NCBI GenBank assembly: GCA_016699145.1
Contig: CP064962.1
Span: 1,200,001 to 1,232,000, forward strand
DNA length: 32,000 nt
Reading direction: 5' to 3'
Origin: Candidatus Saccharimonadota bacterium
GTDB lineage: Bacteria > Patescibacteriota > Gracilibacteria > UBA1369 > 2-02-FULL-48-14
A model generated the notes under the pieces. That model did no database searches. It was not told where the DNA came from and was given only the letters and a program-made list of their open reading frames with translations. The number at the start of each line of letters is the position of its first letter. The stretch's first letter is position 1. Of this stretch, positions 14,696 to 21,987 are shown in pieces. The position numbers and the translations under genes are program-made.

Positions 14696-17107
14696 TCAAA
14701 GCACAAAGCCAACGATCTTGCCCGGCACGAAAATCTCTTTTTTAACTTCGCCCGTGAGGTATTTGGCCACATTGGCTTCTGCGCGAGCGGCAGCGAGCGC
14801 TTCTTCTTTGCTCGTTTCAAGAGGGAGTTCAATCGTGGCGCGCAATTTTCCATTCACTTGCACCGCGTAAGTTGCCGTGTCATTCACCAAAAATTCGGGC
14901 TTGGCCTTGGGCCAGCTTTCATTGAACACACTGCTCGTGTGACCCAGCATTTCCCACACTTCTTCTGCAAGATGCGGAGCCAAAGGGGCCAGCAAGCGCA
15001 CAACCAGCTCTTTTTGCCCTTTGTTGAGCGGCGTCTGAATCATCGCGTTTGTGAGTTCCATCATCGCAGCCACCGCAATGTTGAAGCTCATTTTTTCCAT
15101 AGCGTCCCCGGCGCGAGCCAAAGTTTGGTGCACGATTTTATCCATGCCCTCCCCGCTGCCTTCCACTTGCATGGCACGGTGAAAACGATCCACAAAACGC
15201 GCCACACCCGTAATGCCACGGTCGCTCCAATCGCCGCCTTCCGTGAAGGGGCCCATGAACATCAAGTACATGCGGAACACATCACTGCCATACTTCGCCA
15301 CAAACTCATCCGGACTCACTACGTTGCCCTTGGATTTGCTCATCTTCGCCCCATCTTTGGTGATCATGCCTTGATGCACCAAGCGCTTGAATGGCTCCTT
15401 GGCCTCCACGAACCCCAAGTCGTGCATCACACGGTGGACGAACCGCGCATACAAAAGGTGCATACACGCGTGTTCCGGCCCTCCGATGTACATGTCCACC
15501 GGCATCCACGTGTTTGCACGAGTCTTGCTCCAGGGTTCATTTTCATTCTTGGCATCCGGGTAACGCAAAAAGTACCAACTGCTGCACACAAAAGTGTCCA
15601 TCGTGTCCACTTCTCGCTTTCCTGCTCCACCACACGAAGGGCATTTCACATTCACAAACTCCGCATTCGTTGCCAGCGGGGAAGTGCCTTTGGGCACATA
15701 ATCCTCCACATGCGGATGAGCCACCGGCAAATCTTTTTCGGGCACCGCCACTTCGCCACATTTTTCACAGTACACAATGGGAATCGGAGCGCCCCAATAG
15801 CGCTGGCGTGAGATCAACCAATCGCGCAGTCGAAGTTGCACCACTTTCTTCCCCCAGCCTTCGCGTTCCATCTGTTCAGTCATGAGTTTCAGCGCTTCTT
15901 TGCTTTGCATACCGGTGTAAGGCCCACTGTTCACCATAATGCCGTGCCCATGCAAACTTTCCTTCCATTCGGCCACATTGTCTTCATAAGCTTCGCCTTC
16001 TTTCGCCACAATCACCTGTGGAGCCGTCAGCCCCATCGCCTTGGCAAAACCAAAATCACGCTCGTCATGAGCAGGGGTTCCCATCAGAGCACCGCTTCCA
16101 TAAACCAGCACAAAATCCGCCACATAAATGGGCATTTCCATCCCGGTCATCGGATTGATAGCGTACTTACCCGTAAACACACCGGTCTTAGTCTTATCCC
16201 CCATTTGGCGATCGAGTTCACTCTTCTTTTTAGTCTCGTTCACATAGGCTTCCACAGCTGCACGTTGCTCCTGTGAAACGTAGTCCATGAGGTGAGCATG
16301 TTCGGGCGCAATCGCCACAAAATTCGTTCCATAAATCGTGTCGAAACGCGTCGTGAAAATGCGAATTGTTTCGCCCCCTCCACCCTTGATACGGAATTCC
16401 GCTTCATTCCCTTCACTCTTTCCAATCCAATGCCTTTGCATCGCGATGGTTTTTTCAGGCCACTCCAGCCCTTCGTAGTCGAGGAGTTGATCCGCGTACT
16501 TGGTGATGGCAAAGAACCATTGACGCAAATTCTTCTGCACCACTTGGGTCTTACAACGTTCGCAGTGACCGCCATCCACCTGTTCATTCGCGAGCACCGT
16601 CATACAGCTGGGGCACCAATTCACCGGCGCTTCCTTACGGTAGGCGAGCCCTTGTTTATAAAGCTGTAAAAAGATCCATTGACTCCATTTGTAATACTCC
16701 GGCGAGCTCGTTTCTAGATTGAGATTCAGATCATACATGCCTCCAATCGCGGCAATTTGCTCCTTCATCTTGTCGATGTTTTTGCGCGTCGTTTCAGCGG
16801 GATGCACCCCCGTTTTGATGGCATAATTTTCTGCCGGCAAGCCAAAAGAATCGAAGCCCATCGGTTGGAAGACTTCATAACCCTTCATGCGCATGAGGCG
16901 GCCCCATGTGTCCACCGGCGCGTAATTGTACCAATGTCCAATGTGCAGCTTGTCGCCACTGGGGTAGGGGAACATGGTCACGTTGTAGTACTTCGGCTTC
17001 TCAGGCGCATCCATCTTCGCTTCATAAAGCCCCTGCTCTTTCCAGCGGGACTGCCATTTTGCTTCGATTTCAGGTAAAAATAAGTCGGCCATAAGTGCAG
17101 GAATCAT
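14696..17107 (-). CDS. leuS: leucine--tRNA ligase
   Basis: Class I motifs PYPSGDKLHIGH (HIGH) and KMSKSKGN (KMSKS). An editing-domain insertion is present, and the sequence is colinear with bacterial LeuRS throughout its 803 aa. An alternative start lies at the MADLF Met (17092). Confidence 0.97.
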   Translation of the reverse strand: MIPALMADLFLPEIEAKWQSRWKEQGLYEAKMDAPEKPKYYNVTMFPYPSGDKLHIGHWYNYAPVDTWGRLMRMKGYEVFQPMGFDSFGLPAENYAIKTGVHPAETTRKNIDKMKEQIAAIGGMYDLNLNLETSSPEYYKWSQWIFLQLYKQGLAYRKEAPVNWCPSCMTVLANEQVDGGHCERCKTQVVQKNLRQWFFAITKYADQLLDYEGLEWPEKTIAMQRHWIGKSEGNEAEFRIKGGGGETIRIFTTRFDTIYGTNFVAIAPEHAHLMDYVSQEQRAAVEAYVNETKKKSELDRQMGDKTKTGVFTGKYAINPMTGMEMPIYVADFVLVYGSGALMGTPAHDERDFGFAKAMGLTAPQVIVAKEGEAYEDNVAEWKESLHGHGIMVNSGPYTGMQSKEALKLMTEQMEREGWGKKVVQLRLRDWLISRQRYWGAPIPIVYCEKCGEVAVPEKDLPVAHPHVEDYVPKGTSPLATNAEFVNVKCPSCGGAGKREVDTMDTFVCSSWYFLRYPDAKNENEPWSKTRANTWMPVDMYIGGPEHACMHLLYARFVHRVMHDLGFVEAKEPFKRLVHQGMITKDGAKMSKSKGNVVSPDEFVAKYGSDVFRMYLMFMGPFTEGGDWSDRGITGVARFVDRFHRAMQVEGSGEGMDKIVHQTLARAGDAMEKMSFNIAVAAMMELTNAMIQTPLNKGQKELVVRLLAPLAPHLAEEVWEMLGHTSSVFNESWPKAKPEFLVNDTATYAVQVNGKLRATIELPLETSKEEALAAARAEANVAKYLTGEVKKEIFVPGKIVGFVL

Positions 17108-17147
17108 AGCGTCTTCCCAGCGCCCAAATCAATATTAAAGAAGAATT

Positions 17148-18200
17148 TCAATGGATGGGAAGCTCGTAATAAAAACCCAGATGATCCTCTCCGTCGCTGA
17201 GCTCAGCCAAATCTTCACGTTCAGAGAGTTCTTCAAATTCCTCTTCTTTTATAAAGCGCGTTCGGTAATCAGTGACCAAATTGTCACATAAAATAGGGTA
17301 GAGACGCAGACTCAAGCCATCCTCTGTTTGAATGAGACGAGCCACGGCGCTGTAGGGAGCTGCATCCAACTTTTGATAACGCCCAGGAGCCTTAAAAATA
17401 AAGTTGCCCAGACCATAAACAATCCACTTGCCCTCGTAGATTTCCACTTCCTGTAAAAGATGAGCCCCGTGGCCCAAAATCAAATCCGCTCCGGCATCAA
17501 TAAACAAATGAGCCCACGTCTCCTGTTTAGAGTCCTTCATCGCATAATTCTCACCCCAGTGGGGAAAAACCACAATAAAAGCCTCAGGATGTTCTGCTCG
17601 AAAGGAACGTACGGCCTCTAAACTCGCTTCCTGGGTGATCGAATACACGCCTGGAGTGTTCTCACTCGCATAAAAACCGATGCGTTCATGGCTCAAAACA
17701 TCTTCGTAGCCGCCAAACACCGTAAGGTTCAAAAGCTCGGTTTCAAAAGGCTGAGCTGCTTCTGCTTGATTTGCACCGGCACCAAACACTTGAAAATCTT
17801 GCTTCAAGACAGTGAGTGTTTCTTCCAGGCCAGGCCAAGCAAAATCCATAGAATGATTGTTTCCTAAGCTGAAAACGTCGAAGCCATAGTCTCGAAAAGC
17901 TTCGCTAGCTGCTTCAGGTTCCGACCAGTGAACATAAGACTTTTCTCCTTCGTAGGGAGACTCCTCCAAGGAAGTCAGCGGGGTCTCTAAGTTAGCAATA
18001 GTCAAATCGGACGTTTCAAATAAATCTGAAAACTGATCCATTGCATAGCGATCGTCCAAATCCACCGCGTAACTTTCTCCAAAGTGCGTGTCACCCAAAA
18101 AAAGAACCGAGGCTAGGGCCTCAGAGTTTTTGGGAATTTCAGGGGAGCCACAAGCGCTCAAACTGAGAAAACAAAGAAGGAAAAAAGCTTTAAATCGCAC
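17148..18200 (-). CDS. CapA/PGA_cap family metallophosphoesterase-like lipoprotein
   Basis: - Lipobox FLSLSAC|GS.
- Motifs: LFLGDTHFGE, IANLETPLT, FSLGNNHSMDF, FPHWGENY, ILGHGAHLLQEVEIYEGKWIVYGLGNFIF.
These are characteristic of the CapA (poly-gamma-glutamate capsule synthesis) family. GTG start at 18200. Confidence 0.8.
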   Translation of the reverse strand: MRFKAFFLLCFLSLSACGSPEIPKNSEALASVLFLGDTHFGESYAVDLDDRYAMDQFSDLFETSDLTIANLETPLTSLEESPYEGEKSYVHWSEPEAASEAFRDYGFDVFSLGNNHSMDFAWPGLEETLTVLKQDFQVFGAGANQAEAAQPFETELLNLTVFGGYEDVLSHERIGFYASENTPGVYSITQEASLEAVRSFRAEHPEAFIVVFPHWGENYAMKDSKQETWAHLFIDAGADLILGHGAHLLQEVEIYEGKWIVYGLGNFIFKAPGRYQKLDAAPYSAVARLIQTEDGLSLRLYPILCDNLVTDYRTRFIKEEEFEELSEREDLAELSDGEDHLGFYYELPIH

Positions 18201-18205
18201 ACCAT

Positions 18206-18403
18206 TCAGTGTGCCGCATCCGTCGGAGTGCTGTAAAGCATATCGGCATGTACGCTGCCTTTAGCCTGTTCCAAAAGGGAACTTTCACTGGTCAAATTAT
18301 CACTTCCAAACACCAGCACGCCCACCGAAAGAGTGAGCAAAAAGAGAGTGCTGGCTACAATCATCATCTTGGTGCGTTGAGTGAGGGCTTTGAAGGCATC
18401 CAT
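18206..18403 (-). CDS. hypothetical 65-aa single-pass membrane protein
   Basis: ATG-initiated ORF directly downstream of a good minus-strand promoter and 5 nt upstream of the CapA-like gene. It has one TM helix (MMIVASTLFLLTLSVGVLVF). No family recognised. Confidence 0.4.
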   Translation of the reverse strand: MDAFKALTQRTKMMIVASTLFLLTLSVGVLVFGSDNLTSESSLLEQAKGSVHADMLYSTPTDAAH

Positions 18404-18437
18404 GGCGTTTATTGGGGTTAAATCAGTAAATCGTGTT

Positions 18438-18466
18438 ATTATGACATTTTTGTATTAAATTGTCAA
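18438..18466 (-). promoter_or_regulatory. sigma-70-type promoter for the small-ORF/CapA-like/leuS transcription unit
   Basis: The minus strand reads TTGACA (plus 18461-18466), a 17-nt spacer, then CATAAT (plus 18438-18443). Confidence 0.5.
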
Positions 18467-18474
18467 TACGCTCC

Positions 18475-18503
18475 TTGCGACCAATCTTAAAATCTGATAT
18501 AAT
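18475..18503 (+). promoter_or_regulatory. sigma-70-type promoter with extended -10 for the cNMP-binding protein operon
   Basis: TTGCGA (18475-18480), a 17-nt spacer, then TGaTATAAT (TATAAT at 18498-18503). Confidence 0.55.
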
Positions 18504-18524
18504 AACAAGATTAATTTGCCCTCC

Positions 18525-18929
18525 ATGAATCTCATTCTAAACATTCTGAAGACCATCCCGCTTTTTGGGGCCCTCACTGAAGAAGAGCACCTGTCCATCA
18601 TCAATCACATCACGCTTCAATACTTCCCGGCCCACTATAAACTCTTTGAAAAAGGAGTTTTAGGCAACGCCATGTACATCCTCAAATCTGGCATGGTTCG
18701 CATCTACAACGAAGAAGGCGAGCTGGCCAATTTGGGCGAAGGAGATTTTTTTGGAGAAATGGCCCTGATTGAAGATCAACCTCGCATGGCTGCTGCCGAA
18801 ACCCTTTCAGATTGTGAAATTTTTGTTCTCAATAAAGAAGATTTCGCATCCCTCATGCAAAACAGCCCCGAAACCGCCAAAAAGGTTCAGGAGGCTTACC
18901 TAGACCGCAAACAAAAAGACTCTAAATAA
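18525..18929 (+). CDS. stand-alone cyclic nucleotide-binding (CNB/Crp-type) domain protein, no output domain
   Basis: FGALTEEEHLSIINHITLQYFPAHYKLFEKGVLGNAMYILKSGMVRIY...GEGDFFGEMALIEDQPRMAAAETLSDCEIFVL. This contains the FGE(L/M)AL phosphate-binding cassette. I prefer ATG 18525 over the track's TTG 18516. Confidence 0.85.
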   Translation: MNLILNILKTIPLFGALTEEEHLSIINHITLQYFPAHYKLFEKGVLGNAMYILKSGMVRIYNEEGELANLGEGDFFGEMALIEDQPRMAAAETLSDCEIFVLNKEDFASLMQNSPETAKKVQEAYLDRKQKDSK

Positions 18930-18937
18930 ACGATCCC

Positions 18938-19522
18938 ATGCCCGCTGTGCTTTTCGAAATGCTCCTCGCTCACTTTCTAGGGGATTTTGTCTTCCAATCC
19001 AACGACCTCATTGTGCGCAAATACCGAAGCTGGACGGGCACTTTTGAACACGTCTGCATCATTTCTTTTTTCACGGTGCTTTTTTTGTTCCCTTATTGGC
19101 ACTATCACGAGACCTGGCGAGCGGCCAGTCTCATCTTTGTGACGCATTTTTTTCAAGACATTCTTAAAATAAAATACGACATTCATTTCAACGCAAAACG
19201 CAAAAGCACCTTGCCCTTTTTTATGGATCAATTTTTGCACATTGGCCTCATTGTTTACCTCACCACTCTATTCAGTGGATTGGAAGCGTCAGCCATGCCC
19301 ATCTGGCTCCACAACCTATATTTTTCCCAATTGCTCACGCTTTATCTTCTGGGACTCGTAGGGTTTTCCTTCGTCTACGACCTCACGGCTTTTCAATTCC
19401 TTCGACAAAAAAGTGAAGCACCCCTCACTTACACGCCCAACTACAAAGGCATGCGAAACCGTCTGCTCTGGTTCAGTGTGGCTTATGTTTTATTCCTCTT
19501 GGTGAACGGCAGCCTCGTGTAG
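18938..19522 (+). CDS. DUF3307-like integral membrane protein
   Basis: The N-terminal LLAHFLGDFVFQ motif and the later THFFQD / DQFLH motifs, set in a 5-6 TM protein, resemble DUF3307. The gene lies 8 nt after the cNMP-binding gene. Confidence 0.55.
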   Translation: MPAVLFEMLLAHFLGDFVFQSNDLIVRKYRSWTGTFEHVCIISFFTVLFLFPYWHYHETWRAASLIFVTHFFQDILKIKYDIHFNAKRKSTLPFFMDQFLHIGLIVYLTTLFSGLEASAMPIWLHNLYFSQLLTLYLLGLVGFSFVYDLTAFQFLRQKSEAPLTYTPNYKGMRNRLLWFSVAYVLFLLVNGSLV

Positions 19523-20452
19523 ATCGATTCCTCCTTGATCCTCTTTGGTCAGATCCAAGAAGGTGAACGTCCAAACGCCCGTAGCGAACACATGAAAAGT
19601 CGCCAAAAAATAAGAGGCAAAATACAGGGCCACCAGAGCCAAAAGTCCACCCACGGCAGCCAAAACGGCAGAAGTGGTCAAGCTGGTGAATAAAAAGAAA
19701 GGACCCAAAATCAACAAAGGCACCAATAGGGCCACCGCCACATTCAACGCCAGACGAATCACAATGATGCTCATGAGCAGCAGCATGAACAAAGTGTGAT
19801 GCCATTGTCGCACCACAAGTCCACTGCTTTTAAGCATACTCGAAACCACGCCTTCTTTATCGATGACCAAATAATACTCCGCATAAGTGAAGAGCAGAGT
19901 CACCAAAAGCCCAATCACAATGGCGAGTAAAAAAAACCAACCCACAAAAGCAAAAATGCCCGGCCCCGCATTGCGGTAAACAAAGGCTGCTTCACCCGCA
20001 AGCCCAACCACGCTGAACGTGCGCAAAACCAGATGATATTCAAAGAGTTGTAAAAAACGTGTGAAGCCAAAAGTGATGCCCTGCACGGTGCTGACTTCCT
20101 GCCCGGCTCTTTTATGAGCCAAAATTTGAATCAGCGCCCCTTGAGCAAACACTGGCACCATCAAATAACACAGCGCAAACAGGGCCAAAATCACCAAGGC
20201 AAAAACCGTAAAACTGGTATGACTGCTCAGGCCATCCCGCAGTACATTAAAAAGAAAATTCAAAGCATGTTTGTCCTCAGGAATGCCTGGATGAACATAG
20301 GGTGAAGTCCAAAAAGCCGCGAATTGATAACTGAAATAGCCAACACTAAAAAGCGCCCCTAAAAGTGCCGGTACAAAGCCATACATCCAAATGAGTTTCT
20401 TATTTTCTTGAGTGAGAGCCCAGGCTTCACTAATAATGGCGCGATACTTCAT
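19490..20452 (-). CDS. hypothetical polytopic membrane protein (about 7-8 TM helices)
   Basis: 963-nt ATG-initiated ORF with consistently hydrophobic helices. It is convergent with the DUF3307-like gene and overlaps it by 33 nt. No family recognised with confidence. Confidence 0.65.
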   Translation of the reverse strand: MKYRAIISEAWALTQENKKLIWMYGFVPALLGALFSVGYFSYQFAAFWTSPYVHPGIPEDKHALNFLFNVLRDGLSSHTSFTVFALVILALFALCYLMVPVFAQGALIQILAHKRAGQEVSTVQGITFGFTRFLQLFEYHLVLRTFSVVGLAGEAAFVYRNAGPGIFAFVGWFFLLAIVIGLLVTLLFTYAEYYLVIDKEGVVSSMLKSSGLVVRQWHHTLFMLLLMSIIVIRLALNVAVALLVPLLILGPFFLFTSLTTSAVLAAVGGLLALVALYFASYFLATFHVFATGVWTFTFLDLTKEDQGGIDLHEAAVHQEE

Positions 20453-20458
20453 GCGGGC

Positions 20459-20487
20459 ACTTTACCAGTACGATTGCCTAGGATCAA
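20459..20487 (-). promoter_or_regulatory. candidate leaderless promoter for the 19490-20452 membrane protein gene
   Basis: The minus strand reads TTGATC, a 17-nt spacer, TGgTAAAGT (extended -10), exactly 6 nt (gcccgc), then ATG 20452. Confidence 0.4.
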
Positions 20488-20501
20488 ACTCCGCGTATAA
20501 T
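20474..20501 (+). promoter_or_regulatory. candidate leaderless promoter for corA
   Basis: TTGCCT (20474-20479), a 16-nt spacer, a perfect TATAAT (20496-20501), exactly 6 nt (ccagcc), then ATG 20508. Confidence 0.5.
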
Positions 20502-20507
20502 CCAGCC

Positions 20508-21434
20508 ATGATAGCACCTATTATCCGCAAAATTCAATCTGGAAAGCTAAGCTGGATCGATGTCGAAGAACCCGATTTAAAGACCTTGCAAGAATTGCAA
20601 GAAGAACATGGGTTCCATGAACTCGACGTTGAGGACTGTCTATCGGACAATCAAAGATCCAAAGTGGATGAATACGAAGATTATTTGTTTGTGATCTTGC
20701 ATCTGCCTTATTTAGACAAGCGAAAAGACACGGTGAAATCAGGGGAAGTAGACGTCTTCATTAAAAACAATGTGCTCATCACGGTGCATTGGGGGGCTTT
20801 AAAGCCGGTTACAGATCTGTTTGAAGAATGTGAACGCAAAGAGGCCAGCCGCAAAAAATACATGGGCCTTTCCACCGGTTATTTGCTCTACGAATTGTTG
20901 GATCAACTTTTCACCAGTGTTTTTCCTGTTTTGGCTTCCATTGAAAACGACGTTGGACGCCTGGAAAAAGACGCCTTTTCTGATTCAATGGAAAGAGACA
21001 TGCTGCGCGACATTCTCTTTGTAAAGAAAAACATCATCACTTCGCGCCGTGTGATTTTGCCTCTGCGAACAGTAGTGGGACAGATTGAGCATAAAAATAA
21101 AAAATTCCTGCCCGACACCCTCGATGTCTACTTTGACGACATCATGGACAAGGTGGAAAAAATTTGGAGCAGTTTAGAAAACCTCCAAGAGCTGATCGAA
21201 TCCTTGCAAGACACCAACGAATCCATCATCGCTCACACCTCCAATCGAGTGGTCAAAACTCTGACAGTCTTTTCGGTGGTCATGCTGCCGCTCAACTTGC
21301 TCGCCAGCATGTACGGCATGAACATCAACCTTCCTTTTGCCGAACATGAACACATGTTCTTTTTTTTAGGACTGGGCATGTTTTTAGTGCTGGGAGCTCT
21401 TTTGGTCATTTTTAAGATCAAACGTTGGATTTAG
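20508..21434 (+). CDS. corA: CorA family magnesium/cobalt transporter
   Basis: C-terminal signature LASMYGMNINLPF (YGMN motif) between two TM helices, with an acidic N-terminal cytoplasmic domain. I place the start at ATG 20508 (MIAPIIRK...). The track's extension back to 20412 overlaps the divergent gene and the promoter region. Confidence 0.9.
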   Translation: MIAPIIRKIQSGKLSWIDVEEPDLKTLQELQEEHGFHELDVEDCLSDNQRSKVDEYEDYLFVILHLPYLDKRKDTVKSGEVDVFIKNNVLITVHWGALKPVTDLFEECERKEASRKKYMGLSTGYLLYELLDQLFTSVFPVLASIENDVGRLEKDAFSDSMERDMLRDILFVKKNIITSRRVILPLRTVVGQIEHKNKKFLPDTLDVYFDDIMDKVEKIWSSLENLQELIESLQDTNESIIAHTSNRVVKTLTVFSVVMLPLNLLASMYGMNINLPFAEHEHMFFFLGLGMFLVLGALLVIFKIKRWI

Positions 21435-21436
21435 TC

Positions 21437-21465
21437 TTGCCTTTTTAAGCGGTCTCCCGTAAAAT
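21437..21465 (+). promoter_or_regulatory. sigma-70-type promoter for rpsO
   Basis: TTGCCT (21437-21442), a 17-nt spacer, then TAAAAT (21460-21465), 27 nt before ATG 21493. Confidence 0.5.
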
Positions 21466-21492
21466 GCCTCCGCTTTACTCACGTTTACTCTC

Positions 21493-21756
21493 ATGAAACA
21501 CGACGAGAAGAAAAAAGTTTTCAAGAAATTCGGAAAACACGATAAAGATACAGGTTCAGCTCAAGTGCAAGTGGCCCTTCTGACCACCCGTATCAATCAA
21601 CTCACCGAGCACTTGAAAGCGCATAAGAACGACACCCATTCCCGTCAAGGGCTCCTCAAGATGGTGGGCAAACGCCGCCGTCACCTGACTTACCTTGCCA
21701 GCAAGAACAAGGAAGACTACGAGAAAGTCATCGGTGAATTGGAACTTCGTAAGTAA
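21493..21756 (+). CDS. rpsO: 30S ribosomal protein S15
   Basis: GSAQVQVALLTTRINQLTEHLKAHKNDTHSRQGLLKMVGKRRRHLTYL is the conserved S15 core. The 87-aa length is typical. Confidence 0.95.
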   Translation: MKHDEKKKVFKKFGKHDKDTGSAQVQVALLTTRINQLTEHLKAHKNDTHSRQGLLKMVGKRRRHLTYLASKNKEDYEKVIGELELRK

Positions 21757-21761
21757 TTGAG

Positions 21762-21791
21762 CAGGGGCCTTCTGGGCCCTTGTCTTTTTTT
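21762..21791 (+). terminator. intrinsic terminator/attenuator after rpsO
   Basis: Stem CAGGGGCC (21762-21769) pairs with GGCCCTTG (21775-21782): 8 bp including one G-T pair, with loop TTCTG. It is followed by TCTTTTTTT (T7 run at 21785-21791). Confidence 0.6.
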
Positions 21792-21987
21792 CCGGGCTTT
21801 GCTCGGAAAGGCAGAGCCAAAGCTCTGTCAGCCCCGGTCAATATTCGGGACGAGATCACAAGACATCTCCACCTCACGGTCGACACGCACGAAAGTGCTA
21901 ATCAGAGAACGAGACATCTTGAAACCTCCTCCTGAGTGACCAAGGGCAGCGTGAAAAGCGCATCCACCCTTTAATCACTTTATACAC

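Noticed and set aside
14858-16669. Long plus-strand ORFs (317, 164, 146 and 125 aa) inside the leuS region
   Set aside because: They lie antisense to a gene with unambiguous LeuRS homology along its whole length. Their translations are His/Arg/Pro-rich low-complexity sequences with no recognisable motifs. These are typical shadow ORFs of a roughly 50% GC gene.
20412-20507. Longer corA start at 20412
   Set aside because: It would overlap the divergent gene's 5' end (to 20452) and the whole promoter region. CorA-like sequence begins at MIAPIIRK (ATG 20508), which has a perfect TATAAT 6 nt upstream.
21757-21939. 60-aa ORF in the rpsO-pnp intergenic region
   Set aside because: It starts on a non-ATG codon right at the rpsO stop and runs through the terminator hairpin and T-tract. 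The product is Arg/Ser/Leu-rich and non-globular. The region is better explained as a structured leader.
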